IMG/VR virus record: IMGVR_UViG_3300012344_000020
Span: 25,414-89,413 of that record
DNA: 64,000 bases
Direction: 5' to 3' (one strand)
Source: a virus
Lineage: Duplodnaviria; Caudoviricetes
Shown: one piece after another, positions 8,720 through 18,600 of the stretch
Position numbering within the stretch: position 1 is the stretch's first letter
Layout of the letters: each line of letters begins with the position of its first letter
Translations under genes and position numbers: made by a program
The notes under the pieces: generated by a model
What the model was told of the DNA's origin: nothing
The model's input: only the letters and a program-made list of their open reading frames with translations
The model's database searches: none

Positions 8720-8801
8720 ATACCTATTGTTTGACCGCAACAATACCTATTGTTTAGTCATAACAATACCTATTGTTTGTGGCAAACGATAGTAATAGTT
8801 T
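8720..8801. repeat. three ATACCTATTGTTT direct repeats at 23-bp period plus one degenerate inverted copy
   Basis: Copies start at 8720, 8743 and 8766; the inverted variant spans 8784-8801. Confidence 0.85.
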
Positions 8802-8845
8802 ATTTGGGTAAATACCGAGTATAAATCATTAAACCTTTAACAACT

Positions 8846-9319
8846 ATGGGAATGACCCTGAAATTGTCGAAGTCGAAAGCCATTAACCCTTCCACCAAGA
8901 AGATGGGCTATCGTACAACCGTTAAGTCCAACGGAAAAGCAGACATGGACTCTTTGCTGGCGTCTGCAAGTAGAAACACTACCATGCACAAGGCTGAGCT
9001 CCGCATGGGCTTTGAACTGATGCTCGATGCTATCCGTGAGGCTCTGACAGCAGGAAAGAATGTAGAGCTGAAGGGTATCGGCAACATCGGCTTCTCTTGC
9101 AGCGGCGCATGGACGGAGACAGCCGATGAGCAGTCGACAGTGGAGCACAAGATTGGTGTGGCTTTCTATCCAAGTCAGGAGGTTCACGCTGCCGTGGCTA
9201 CTGCCAAGACTTCATGGACCAAGGACGGTGAGGGCGACGAGCCTACACAGGACGGTGGCGGTTCTTCAACAGGTGGCACTACCACCAAGCCTGGCGATAG
9301 CGGCAATCTCGACGGATAG
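8846..9319 (+). CDS. HU/IHF-like DNA-binding protein (Bacteroidetes HU-HIG type)
   Basis: IREALTAGKNVELKGIGNIGFS; Gly/Asp-rich tail typical of the family. Confidence 0.8.
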   Translation: MGMTLKLSKSKAINPSTKKMGYRTTVKSNGKADMDSLLASASRNTTMHKAELRMGFELMLDAIREALTAGKNVELKGIGNIGFSCSGAWTETADEQSTVEHKIGVAFYPSQEVHAAVATAKTSWTKDGEGDEPTQDGGGSSTGGTTTKPGDSGNLDG

Positions 9320-9493
9320 TCCGTAAGGCCGCAGAACGGAATTGTCCCGAAGGCCAAGGGAACGTAGTCCGGCTCACATGATGCAGTCGCCGTACAACGT
9401 AAGCAACGGGTGCTGGTGCAGACGCATGACACAGAAGGAAAACTTATACCACTGCACAACTTTTTTGGAAACGAAAATTTATAGAGCAAAACA

Positions 9494-9700
9494 ATGGAAA
9501 AAGACGTAAAACCTTATCTCGAAAAGGCCAACGAGATATTGTATGTCCTGCAAAAGGACGGACCAAATAAACCTATCGAACATACCACCGTTATAGGCTT
9601 GGTGGCTGCAAGGTTGGTGGAAGCGTGTGTAGAGAATGGCGAAGACAGGCAACAGGTGATTGATGCCATCTGCCAGAGTGTGAAAATATTTAGCAAGTAA
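9494..9700 (+). CDS. small hypothetical protein (68 aa)
   Basis: ORF after an ATTTATAGAGCAA leader. Confidence 0.6.
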   Translation: MEKDVKPYLEKANEILYVLQKDGPNKPIEHTTVIGLVAARLVEACVENGEDRQQVIDAICQSVKIFSK

Positions 9701-9821
9701 GCGGCAACGAAGATATTTTAGGATGAATAACCACATAAAACGCAAATTTTAACTTTTGCCATAAATTGCGAAGTTTATGGGAGGGAGGGGTTCGTCGGGA
9801 TGACGCGCTCCTCTTTTTTGT

Positions 9822-9985
9822 CATCTAATGAATCTAATGAAACGAATGGTTCTCAACATCGGAAGAAACGGAATAAACGGAAAGGTTCGTTTCATTCGTG
9901 TCATTCGATGACAGAAAACATTTTCGTTTGTTTCGTTCTTTTCGATGTTCAACAGAAACATTCGTGCTATTCGTGTTATTCGTTG
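9822..9985. repeat. AT-rich palindromic element at a convergent gene junction
   Basis: AACATCGGAA at 9855 and TTTCGATGTT at 9940-9949; 9-bp TTCGTGTCA/TGAAACGAA units. Confidence 0.7.
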
Positions 9986-9987
9986 TT

Positions 9988-11982
9988 TTATCTTCCGCTT
10001 GGCATAAAAGCCCAACGCATCCGTCCGCGGAACAATTTTAGTCCGAGGTAGAGCGTGTCGAAGGCATCGGTGAAGTCGGTGCGCTGCTGGAGAGGCAGGT
10101 TGTCTTCGGCTTCCGGCTTTTTCTCTTGCGATTTGTCTTTATGAAAACCGCTGTAGTCCATCTTCACCTCGCAGAGCTGCATGGCGATGATAAGGTCGGG
10201 ATTGTTCGTCTGGTTGATGCGGATGGCAGGGCAGGTGAGACCCGCCAGCGCCTCGTTGATAATCTTGTGTTTCACCACATGCTTCTCCGGCACACCCATG
10301 TCGATGCCCTGCACGTTCCATCCGTAGCGTTGCAGTTCGCTGATAACCGTCATAAAGAAACGCTCGTCGGTGGCGGCATACGACGCACCCTGCTTGGCAG
10401 TGGCATCGTAGAAATAGACCACATCACGGTTGACGGCACGCTTGGGCGCATAGTAGTTGCTGAAATCCTGAATCAGCTCGTGCAACTTGCGCTCGTTCTT
10501 CACATACATCGACTTGATAATGTTCAGCGCCAGCACACCGTCGCGCTCATACTGCTGCCCGATAACCATCGTGTTGATGTTGGCGTTGTAGTCGAGGGCG
10601 ATATACAAGGGCAGCGAAGGGTCGCAGTCGGCATCCAACCGGCAGTCGTTGCGCTCGGACAGTTCCTTCAGGTCGGGCTGGTACGACTCTGCCGTAATCT
10701 TCTTGCCGTCGATGATGCCCGTAGCCTTCTCCGTGCGAAAGGTAGCCTGCGAGAGTGGGTCTATCGTGTCGGGAATGTAACCATGGACATGATCAATGTC
10801 GAGGTTGGAATAGAAACCGTCATTCGACTTCTTGATTTTTATGTTCAGAATTGACACGGCGAAAGTGTAGGCAGGCAGGTCGCGCTTCATCTGGCGGATA
10901 TAGTCCTCACCGAGAATGTCGATATTCTCCAGCGTACTTGCCCGGCGCACCACAAAGGCAGATCGGCGCAGCTCGCGCAGATAACCCTCCTGAAACTTCT
11001 TCGACCGCAGGAACATCTGCATCTCAAAATCCTCTTCGGGCGTAATCAGATACTCATAGTCGTAGATGAGTTCGGCGTCCTCCTGCGCCACCAGTTTGTA
11101 CGACACAGCCATCTGCACCATAGCCTTCGTGACGTGCAGGCCGTGGTTGGGCATGATGCGGAACTGCCCCTCGTGCTTCATCATCTTCAGTGCTACGGCG
11201 CGTATCATCTGGCGCACCTCTGCCGGGACGACATGCACCGAATGGTTGGTCTTCTTGGCATTGTAGAGCATGTCGTTGTAGCATATCACCTTGTCGGCAT
11301 AATCCTCCAACTGCTCCTGCACCCATCGGTAGGTCTTGCCTTTAAACTGCCCTGCCTCTATCTCAAGGTCAAGTTTTTCTTCTTCCTTTTCAAGCCAAGA
11401 ACCCTTGGCAGTGAGCGAGGCATCGCTGACGTAGCGGGTGGACTTGTAGAGCGGATTGTAGTCAGTAAAATTGATGTCGCCCGTGGGGTGGGTCTGACCC
11501 GAAAGGGCGGGCGTAAACTCCTCGTCAATCTTCTTCTTGGGGAAGAAACGGCACTCGTCGCCCACGGCAGCCGAGAAGGTGTAGGAGTTGGCAGAGGCAG
11601 TCTGCGCCAGCGAAATCATCGCCCACTGCGCTCCGTTGGCAAACCAAATGATGTTGTCGTAGTTCTTGGGCTTGAAGATGCTTGGGCGAGCGTGTTTAGG
11701 CGGTCGTCCCCAGCCCATGTGTATGCCGATGGTGAAGCCAAACATACGCTCCATGGCCGCCATCGTGCCTGGTATGGTCTTGCTATATCCCTGCTGTCGG
11801 CTCACGGCAAGCCATGCGCCCAGCATACCCGGCATGGAGTTGGAACACATCCATACATAGGGTGCCACCAGTCCGTCGGTCTTGCCCACACGACGGGCGG
11901 CAATGTCGCGCTCGTCCTTGGCACCCATGTAGAGCGACTGCTGCTGAAAGCGGGTGAGGTAAATTTGATGTGGTTGCTGCAT
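9988..11982 (-). CDS. terL: terminase large subunit
   Basis: Walker A AARRVGKT, Walker B AAVGDE, nuclease IALDYN...DFTDAFD; 664 aa. Confidence 0.85.
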   Translation of the reverse strand: MQQPHQIYLTRFQQQSLYMGAKDERDIAARRVGKTDGLVAPYVWMCSNSMPGMLGAWLAVSRQQGYSKTIPGTMAAMERMFGFTIGIHMGWGRPPKHARPSIFKPKNYDNIIWFANGAQWAMISLAQTASANSYTFSAAVGDECRFFPKKKIDEEFTPALSGQTHPTGDINFTDYNPLYKSTRYVSDASLTAKGSWLEKEEEKLDLEIEAGQFKGKTYRWVQEQLEDYADKVICYNDMLYNAKKTNHSVHVVPAEVRQMIRAVALKMMKHEGQFRIMPNHGLHVTKAMVQMAVSYKLVAQEDAELIYDYEYLITPEEDFEMQMFLRSKKFQEGYLRELRRSAFVVRRASTLENIDILGEDYIRQMKRDLPAYTFAVSILNIKIKKSNDGFYSNLDIDHVHGYIPDTIDPLSQATFRTEKATGIIDGKKITAESYQPDLKELSERNDCRLDADCDPSLPLYIALDYNANINTMVIGQQYERDGVLALNIIKSMYVKNERKLHELIQDFSNYYAPKRAVNRDVVYFYDATAKQGASYAATDERFFMTVISELQRYGWNVQGIDMGVPEKHVVKHKIINEALAGLTCPAIRINQTNNPDLIIAMQLCEVKMDYSGFHKDKSQEKKPEAEDNLPLQQRTDFTDAFDTLYLGLKLFRGRMRWAFMPSGR

Positions 11983-12022
11983 AGTTCATCTAATTTTGTT
12001 TGTGTTTATGTAGTGGAACAAC

Positions 12023-12360
12023 AAATATCACGAATGGCACGAATGTTTTTTTAGAACATCGGAATTTACGGAATAAATGGAAATCGTTAGTGATATTGGC
12101 AACATCGAAAGAAACGAAAGAAACGAAAACATTCCGTCAATTCCGCTTCTTCCGATGTTCATTATATATTCCGTCAATTTCGTTTCTTTCGATGTTCATT
12201 ATATATTCCGTCAATTCCGTTTCTTCCGATGTTCATTATATATTTCGTTTAATTCCGTTTCTTTCGATGTTCATTATATATTCCGTCAATTCCGTTTCTT
12301 CCGATGTTCATTATATTCGTGACATTCGTGTTATTCGTTGTTCCTTATATCATTCGTTGT
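12023..12360. repeat. palindromic-family element containing five 37-38-bp tandem repeats
   Basis: Unit ATTCCGTCAATTCCGTTTCTTCCGATGTTCATTATAT at 12131, 12168, 12205, 12242 and 12280; no spacers. Confidence 0.85.
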
Positions 12361-12583
12361 CGCTTCGATGTCCGATGTGCCACTTGCAGCACACCCTGCA
12401 CTGATACGCCCTATACCCCTGCGCCACGAGTCGTGGTTGTTGGTTGAGCCATTCGTAGGCATCATCCTCCGTCTCGTAGCTCACCTTGGCCTTCCACCCG
12501 TGCGAACTCTTGCGCGTCCAGTGTTCAGGGTCGGGACGGAAAGGCGGACGCTTGTTGTGGTAGTGGCTATGGTTCCGCTTCAT
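12350..12583 (-). CDS. small putative Zn-binding protein (77 aa)
   Basis: AYQCRVCCKWHIGH; ATG at 12583 overlaps the end of the upstream gene. Confidence 0.65.
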   Translation of the reverse strand: MKRNHSHYHNKRPPFRPDPEHWTRKSSHGWKAKVSYETEDDAYEWLNQQPRLVAQGYRAYQCRVCCKWHIGHRSDNE

Positions 12584-13361
12584 CGTCGCTCCTTCCCTCC
12601 ATCGGCATTTCAGCCTCACGTTCCTTGCGCTCATCCTCCTTCTCCATATACTCAAAGTAGTCAGGCTCCTCCTCACTGCTGTCGTTGGCAAAGAGGGCGT
12701 CATCATCCATATCCTGCAAGTCCTTCTGCGTAAGACCATACTTGCGGGCCATCTTCCGCTTGTACTCATCGGTGTAGTTCACGCGGTCGCGCTTCACAAT
12801 CGACACATCCTGCGTGATGGCAATGCGGCTCATGTCCGGCATCTCGTCCGTGGCATCCTTCTCCTCCAGAAAGTTGCCGTACACATTCGCCAACGCCTGC
12901 ATACCTTTGTCCACAGCTCTATCGTTGTTTTGCTGTTTGCCCGTGCGTATCAGCCACTCGGCCGAAGAGAGATACATCGCCTTGTGGCGCGGACTCTCAT
13001 CGGTCATAAAGAAGCGTATCAGATGGTTGCACACCGCTACATCATTATTCAACTCCGTGACGGTGCGCGGACGGATATTGCCCTCATCGTCCAGTCGGAT
13101 GTTGAGCGCAATTATCATGGCCTGCGCCTCCTTGTTGCCCTGCGAGGCTTGGTTGAAGAACAGCTCATAGTCGCGTCGGGCAATGTTGCGGCAGGTGGTG
13201 CGCGGATCAATGTCCTTGTTTTGCACCCATCGCTTGTAGAACTCGGCACATATCTGCATACGGTATCGCTGCTCCAGCTTGGGAAACGCCGTCTCAATCG
13301 ACGTGCCGCAAGCCAGCCACTTGTCGATGCGCTGAAGAGTGCCTTGGGTTATCTGACTCAT
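12567..13361 (-). CDS. hypothetical protein, candidate terminase small subunit
   Basis: Position upstream of terL in the same operon; helical with an acidic tail. Function inferred from position only. Confidence 0.45.
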   Translation of the reverse strand: MSQITQGTLQRIDKWLACGTSIETAFPKLEQRYRMQICAEFYKRWVQNKDIDPRTTCRNIARRDYELFFNQASQGNKEAQAMIIALNIRLDDEGNIRPRTVTELNNDVAVCNHLIRFFMTDESPRHKAMYLSSAEWLIRTGKQQNNDRAVDKGMQALANVYGNFLEEKDATDEMPDMSRIAITQDVSIVKRDRVNYTDEYKRKMARKYGLTQKDLQDMDDDALFANDSSEEEPDYFEYMEKEDERKEREAEMPMEGRSDDEAEP

Positions 13362-13394
13362 ATATCTGTTTGTGTTTTATGTTGCTCTGTCTTT

Positions 13395-13620
13395 AACATC
13401 GAAAGGAACGAAATCAAACGAAAATCTTTTTAGTCATCGAAAGTAATCGAGATTTTAGTCATCGAATGAATCAAATGAATCGAACCTTTTCGTTTCTTTC
13501 GTTTCTTTCGATGTTTCCCTTATTCGTGTCATTCGTGTCATTTGATGTTTTCATCTTATCCGTCTCATCTGCTTCTTCCGATGTTCTTCTCGTTCGTGTC
13601 ATTCGTGTCATTTGATGACG
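13395..13620. repeat. AT-rich palindromic element
   Basis: AACATCGAAA (13395-13404) and TTTCGATGTT (13506-13515) form a perfect inverted pair, followed by TTCGTGTCA units. Confidence 0.7.
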
Positions 13621-13644
13621 ACTCCTTTTTGATGTTTCTGCAAG

Positions 13645-13679
13645 CAAAGTTACTTAATCTCTTTTCCCCCATACGGACA
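13645..13679 (-). promoter_or_regulatory. promoter motif TGTCCG-N21-TAACTTTG driving the terS?-terL operon
   Basis: Reverse-strand -7 box at 13652-13645, with TGTCCG starting 27 nt upstream (13679). Confidence 0.55.
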
Positions 13680-13705
13680 TGCCCCGCACCCCACGTTCCT
13701 AATGA

Positions 13706-13740
13706 TGTCCTTACCCTGCGAACAATAAACCTTACCTTTG
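13706..13740 (+). promoter_or_regulatory. promoter motif TGTCCT-N21-TACCTTTG driving holin-tail-TMP
   Basis: TGTCCT at 13706 and TACCTTTG at 13733. Confidence 0.6.
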
Positions 13741-13787
13741 GCGTATATTTTAAAAGGATAACACAAAAACAAAAACAAAACACAACT

Positions 13788-14339
13788 ATGCAAACAGCAG
13801 CTCCCACAATTACCCGCATCGTAGCCGGACTAATCGGCGTGCTATGGTGCTACATCGAACCGTCACTCAACTACATCGCAGTATGTTTCTTCGCACTCAT
13901 CCTCGATTGCTACACCGCATGGCGATGCAACCGGCGCATCTACACGCGCTACCGAGAGGCTATCAAGCGCAACCCCAAGTGCAAGATGGACGGCAAACTG
14001 CGAAGTAAAAAGATGGCAAAGATGGTGCAGGACTTCTCTGTGCTCATCATGGCTATCTTCCTTGCCGTGGTAATCGACCGCGACCTCTTGGCCCACATGG
14101 GTGAACTCCACCTTGCCAACTATCTGGCGGTAATCTATTGCTCCGTGCAGTTCGTGAGCATCCTCGAAAACGAAAGTACCTGCAATGGTGCGGCATGGGC
14201 AAGAGTGATGCAGAAGATAGTGGCGGACAAAACCGAACGACACTTCAACATCAAGCTCAAAGAACTCATGGAGGAGGAGAGGGAGATTGAGAAAGACTCG
14301 ACAACAAATGACACGAATGACACGAATGAAGATGATTAA
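13788..14339 (+). CDS. phage holin (family 4-like)
   Basis: Two to three TM segments; LILDCYTAW...S..KM..E..SILEN pattern; ATG at 13788 after an A-rich leader. Confidence 0.7.
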   Translation: MQTAAPTITRIVAGLIGVLWCYIEPSLNYIAVCFFALILDCYTAWRCNRRIYTRYREAIKRNPKCKMDGKLRSKKMAKMVQDFSVLIMAIFLAVVIDRDLLAHMGELHLANYLAVIYCSVQFVSILENESTCNGAAWARVMQKIVADKTERHFNIKLKELMEEEREIEKDSTTNDTNDTNEDD

Positions 14340-14440
14340 AACGGTATTTCTTTCTACAGATAACACTGATTTTACGGATAAAATATCTGTTATATCCGCG
14401 TTATCCGTAGACTTGAAACAACAATAAAACTCAGCAGACT

Positions 14441-15031
14441 ATGACAATTAGCAATATCCTCGAACATTGGGCCACCATCTACAAGCCCCTGTCGCACAAA
14501 CCCGAAGGCACGTTGAGCGAGCAGTCGTTCTTCCGTATTCTTGACATTGATGAGGAAAACATCTTCAGCCGCAATGCCAACATCATCCATTCTCCTTGTA
14601 TGCTACACCGTGTAGTGTCGAGTGGCGAACTGGTGAAGCCTACGCTGACGGAAGTAACCCATCAAGTGTGCTTCCTTATAAAGGTAAAGGACACAGCACA
14701 GAAACTCGGCAGGCACGACGGACTGAAACAGCAGATGGCGGCCGACGAACTGATGGAGATTTGTGAGGACTTTATTTCCTACATGATACGTCTGCGCAAG
14801 ACGCAGGTATGCCCAGTGACAGGCGTGTCGTTCAAAAGCGAAACGCAGTTGGCTATGGAACTGTCGGCTATCGACACCGACTCCTTCGCCTATGGCGTAA
14901 ATCCCTTCTTCCGCGGTCCGCAATGGCTGTTGGCAGATTGCTATTGGAAGAGCGTAAAACCACTCTACAATTTCGACTGCCTTGTGGATAGCAAGTATAT
15001 TCTCCCCGCACCCCCAACCGATAAAGAATAA
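14441..15031 (+). CDS. hypothetical virion (tail terminator-like?) protein
   Basis: 196-aa ORF between holin and TMP; function inferred from position only. Confidence 0.55.
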   Translation: MTISNILEHWATIYKPLSHKPEGTLSEQSFFRILDIDEENIFSRNANIIHSPCMLHRVVSSGELVKPTLTEVTHQVCFLIKVKDTAQKLGRHDGLKQQMAADELMEICEDFISYMIRLRKTQVCPVTGVSFKSETQLAMELSAIDTDSFAYGVNPFFRGPQWLLADCYWKSVKPLYNFDCLVDSKYILPAPPTDKE

Positions 15032-15037
15032 TGCGCC

Positions 15038-15592
15038 ATGCCAATACGTACTAAACCGATAAAGAACCCTTGGGCACCGCTAAAGGATGTGGCTGGCGTA
15101 TATCTGAAGCAAGCCATCACCGATATAGAGGTAAACTTCCTCACGCAGCGCATTTACCCTACGGAGGTGTACCGAGGCTATGAGAAGGTGAACGAATACC
15201 GAAAGAAACACAATATGTGGTTCTCTACTGGCGGAGGTGCCAAATCGTTTGAGGGTACGGTGTACAAGGCAGACGAAAAGACAGGCGACCTGATGGTGGG
15301 TATTCGCTATAATGACTATCTGCGGTATGTGGATATTGGTGTGGGTTTGACGGGTAGGCCCGACGACCCAGACGCGCATATCACTGCCGACAAGGTAGAC
15401 CGCACGAAACGAGCCAAGTTTAAGTCGCGCTACATCAGCAAGTGGGACAGACTGAAGGGTAAATCACACCGCCCTGCCATCATGCGAACCGTGCGCCGAC
15501 TGAAAATGCGCTACGAGAATCATCTGGCCGACTACTACGGCTATCAGGGTCTACTTCAGATAATGAACGCTTTGGAGATCGACACGGAATAA
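15038..15592 (+). CDS. hypothetical basic protein (tail completion-like?)
   Basis: 184 aa, directly upstream of the TMP. Confidence 0.55.
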   Translation: MPIRTKPIKNPWAPLKDVAGVYLKQAITDIEVNFLTQRIYPTEVYRGYEKVNEYRKKHNMWFSTGGGAKSFEGTVYKADEKTGDLMVGIRYNDYLRYVDIGVGLTGRPDDPDAHITADKVDRTKRAKFKSRYISKWDRLKGKSHRPAIMRTVRRLKMRYENHLADYYGYQGLLQIMNALEIDTE

Positions 15593-15628
15593 CCTTTTTT
15601 CTTAACAGACAAAAACATTAAGCATAAT

Positions 15629-18600
15629 ATGGCTAAACAGACAACAGAAGCAATCATCACGCTCAACGGCAAACAACCGCTTGAGGTGCTTAATCAACTC
15701 CATAACGCTGCCGAGAAGATAAAGCAGGCGATGGAGGCGACGCAGCAAAAGATGAACGGCATGAAGCCGAATGATGATGCGTACAAGCAACTCAACGCTA
15801 CGCTAAAGGGACTGAAGGAGCAGTACAATCTCCTCAGTTCTGCCCAAGTGAAGGATATTGAAGCCACACAGAGACTTCAATCGGCCGTGGATAATCTTGC
15901 GTCCACATCACTGAAGAACCTGCGCAAGGCTCTTGGCGATGGCAAGCGACAGATTGAGGGACTGAGCGAGGCAGAACTTGAACAGGCTAACTCTATCCGT
16001 GAGTTGATGAAAACCGTAGGCGACCAGATACGTCTGCTTGAAGGCAAGTTCGTGAAGATACGCGAGGGCTTGGCTTCTATCGGTACGCAGAGCGACCAGT
16101 GGCTCAGTAAGGCTATCGACCAGCAGAAGGAACTGATGTCGTCTACCCGCCGTGGTACTCAGGAATACAAGGAGCAGGAGCAGGTATTGCAGATGCTCAC
16201 CTCTGAGCAGAACAAACGCAATGCGGCTATCTCGGCAGAGGCAACGGCACGCAAGCAGGCGCAATTCAAACAGCAGGTAGCTTCGTCGCGCCAAATGCTT
16301 TCGTCGGGCAACCTTGGCAACTATTCTCAATCGGAAATTCAGACTTCCATCAATACGCTCCGCCAGGCGCAGAGCCAGACTGCAATGGGTGGCACGGAAT
16401 GGAAGCAACTGGCTGACGAGATAAAGAAAGCCGAAGCGGAACTTGACAAACTGCTGGGCAAGACGAAGGAAGTGAAACAGCAAATGTCGGAGGGCGAAGC
16501 CAAGGGTATTCTTGGCGATATTGGTAGCCATACGGAGCAGGAAGTGCGCGAGGCTATCAATGCGCTCAAGATGTTGCAGTCTACGGTGAACGTGGGCGGC
16601 ACGCAATGGAACGCCTATGCTGCGGATATAGAGAAAGCCGAAACGGAACTGGGCAAGCTGACGGGTAAGATTAAGGAAGTAAAGGCTGGAATGTCGGAAA
16701 GCGGGGCGAAAGCCACTATTACTTTTATGGACAAGAACTCCGAAAGTAAGGTGCGCGAGGCTATTAATACGCTTCGTTCTCTTCAATCGCAAACTGAACT
16801 TGGCAGTACAAAGTGGAAAGATTATGCCGACCGAATAAATGATGCAGAGCAAAGACTTGCGGAATTGACGGGCAAGGCAAAAGGAGCGAAACAAGAATTG
16901 TCTCGCATGGATGTGAACGATAGGTTGCTCGATCTTAGTAATCAGTCAGAAAAAAGTCTAAAGGAAATGCTTGACTGGCTGCAAAAGGCTAAGTTGGAAC
17001 TTAATCCGTACACACAAGAGTGGAGTCGCGTTGCAGATGAGATTGATAGAGTAAAGCAGCGTATGGCAGACGTGCAAGCCAATACTCCATATATTCGCAA
17101 TGAGCAATCGGCTCAGAACATAGCTCGACAGAATCAACTGCAATTTCAGGATGGCACCACCCACGATGTAACCCGGCAGGATTTGCAGTGGTCGAAAGAC
17201 TATCTGCAAAAGCAACTCGATGTTACGCCGGTGGCGGACACTGCCAAGATTAAGTATATACAAGAGGCTCTCGACTTGATAGACGAGCGCATGAAGGCTC
17301 TTAACGGCGACACGGAGAAGGCTACCATGTCGGCTGACAAACTCGACGATGTGCTCAATAACATGAAGTCCGCTTCGCTTTCCGAACTACGCGATGCTTC
17401 CGCCGAACTGAAAAAGCAGCTTGACGGTCTTGCTCCTTCCTCTGACGATGCCAAGAAGATAAAGAAGCAACTGCAAGACCTCGACCGCGAAATAAAGCAG
17501 GTGGAGGACGATATAGTGGACGTGAACGATGTCATCGCCCGCAGCAAGAACGGCAAGGCTTCTATCTCTGAACTGAAGCAGGCATACAAACAACTCGAAG
17601 CCGAACTGGAAAAGGTTGAAACCGGCGCAAAAGAGTTTGCAGAAAAACATAAAGACCTTGAAAATCTCCGTAAGAAAATAGACGAAGTAACTGTTTCCGC
17701 TAAAAAGCAAGGCGGCGCATGGAACACTGCACTCAAAAATCTGACGGCGTATGTGGGGTTGTTCCAGGTGTTCAACAAGGTAAAGGATGTTGTTACTGGA
17801 GCTATCAAGAAGAACTTTGAGTATTCAGGCTCCTTGACTGATATTCGTAAGGTGTCGGGTCTGACCATGGAAGAGGTTAATAAGCTCTCTACTGAGTTGG
17901 CGAAGATTGATACCCGAACCAGTGTGGAGGGTCTGGCCCAGCTTGCTTATCAGGGCGCGAAGCTCGGTATGGGTAAGTTTGGTGTGGATGGCATGAAGCA
18001 GTTTGTGGCTGCTGCCGACCAAATCAACGTAGCTATTGGCGAGGAAATGGGTGAAGAGGCATTGCCTGCACTTTCAAAAATGGTGGAGACGATGGGGCTT
18101 ATCCCGAAGATGGGTATCGAAAAAGCCATGCTCGCTACAGGTAGTGCCATGTTTAAGCTGTCTTCCACATCTACCGCTACATCTGGTAATATCGTTGAGT
18201 TTGCCAAGCGACTGACGGGTGTAAGCCGTACTGCCGGTATCACGACCGACCAGTTGCTTGCCCTCGGTTCAGCTTCCGACTCTCTCTTCTTGATGCCGGA
18301 AGTGAGTGCTACTGCCATGTCTAAATTTATTGTAGCATTACAGAAGAATCACAACCTTATCGAAAAAGATTTGGGTATTCAGCAGGGCACTATCAAGAAT
18401 ATGTATGCCGCCGGTAATGCAATGGATGCCATTGTTCTCGTACTTGAAAAGATGCGCGACAAGGGAAACATGAACGCCCTCGGCAGTATATTTAAAGACC
18501 TCGGTTCGGATGGCCAGCGACTGGTTACGGCAATGGTTACGATGTCGAAGAATGTAGATGTACTGAAGGATCATCTTTACGAGTCGCAAGAGGCTTTTGA

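Noticed and set aside
9320-9430. GC-rich stretch after the HU-like gene as a structured ncRNA or riboswitch
   Set aside because: Only short imperfect stems and no recognisable family; cannot be supported without a covariance search.
12131-12316. 37-bp repeats as a CRISPR array
   Set aside because: The units are directly adjacent with no unique spacers, and no cas genes are present.
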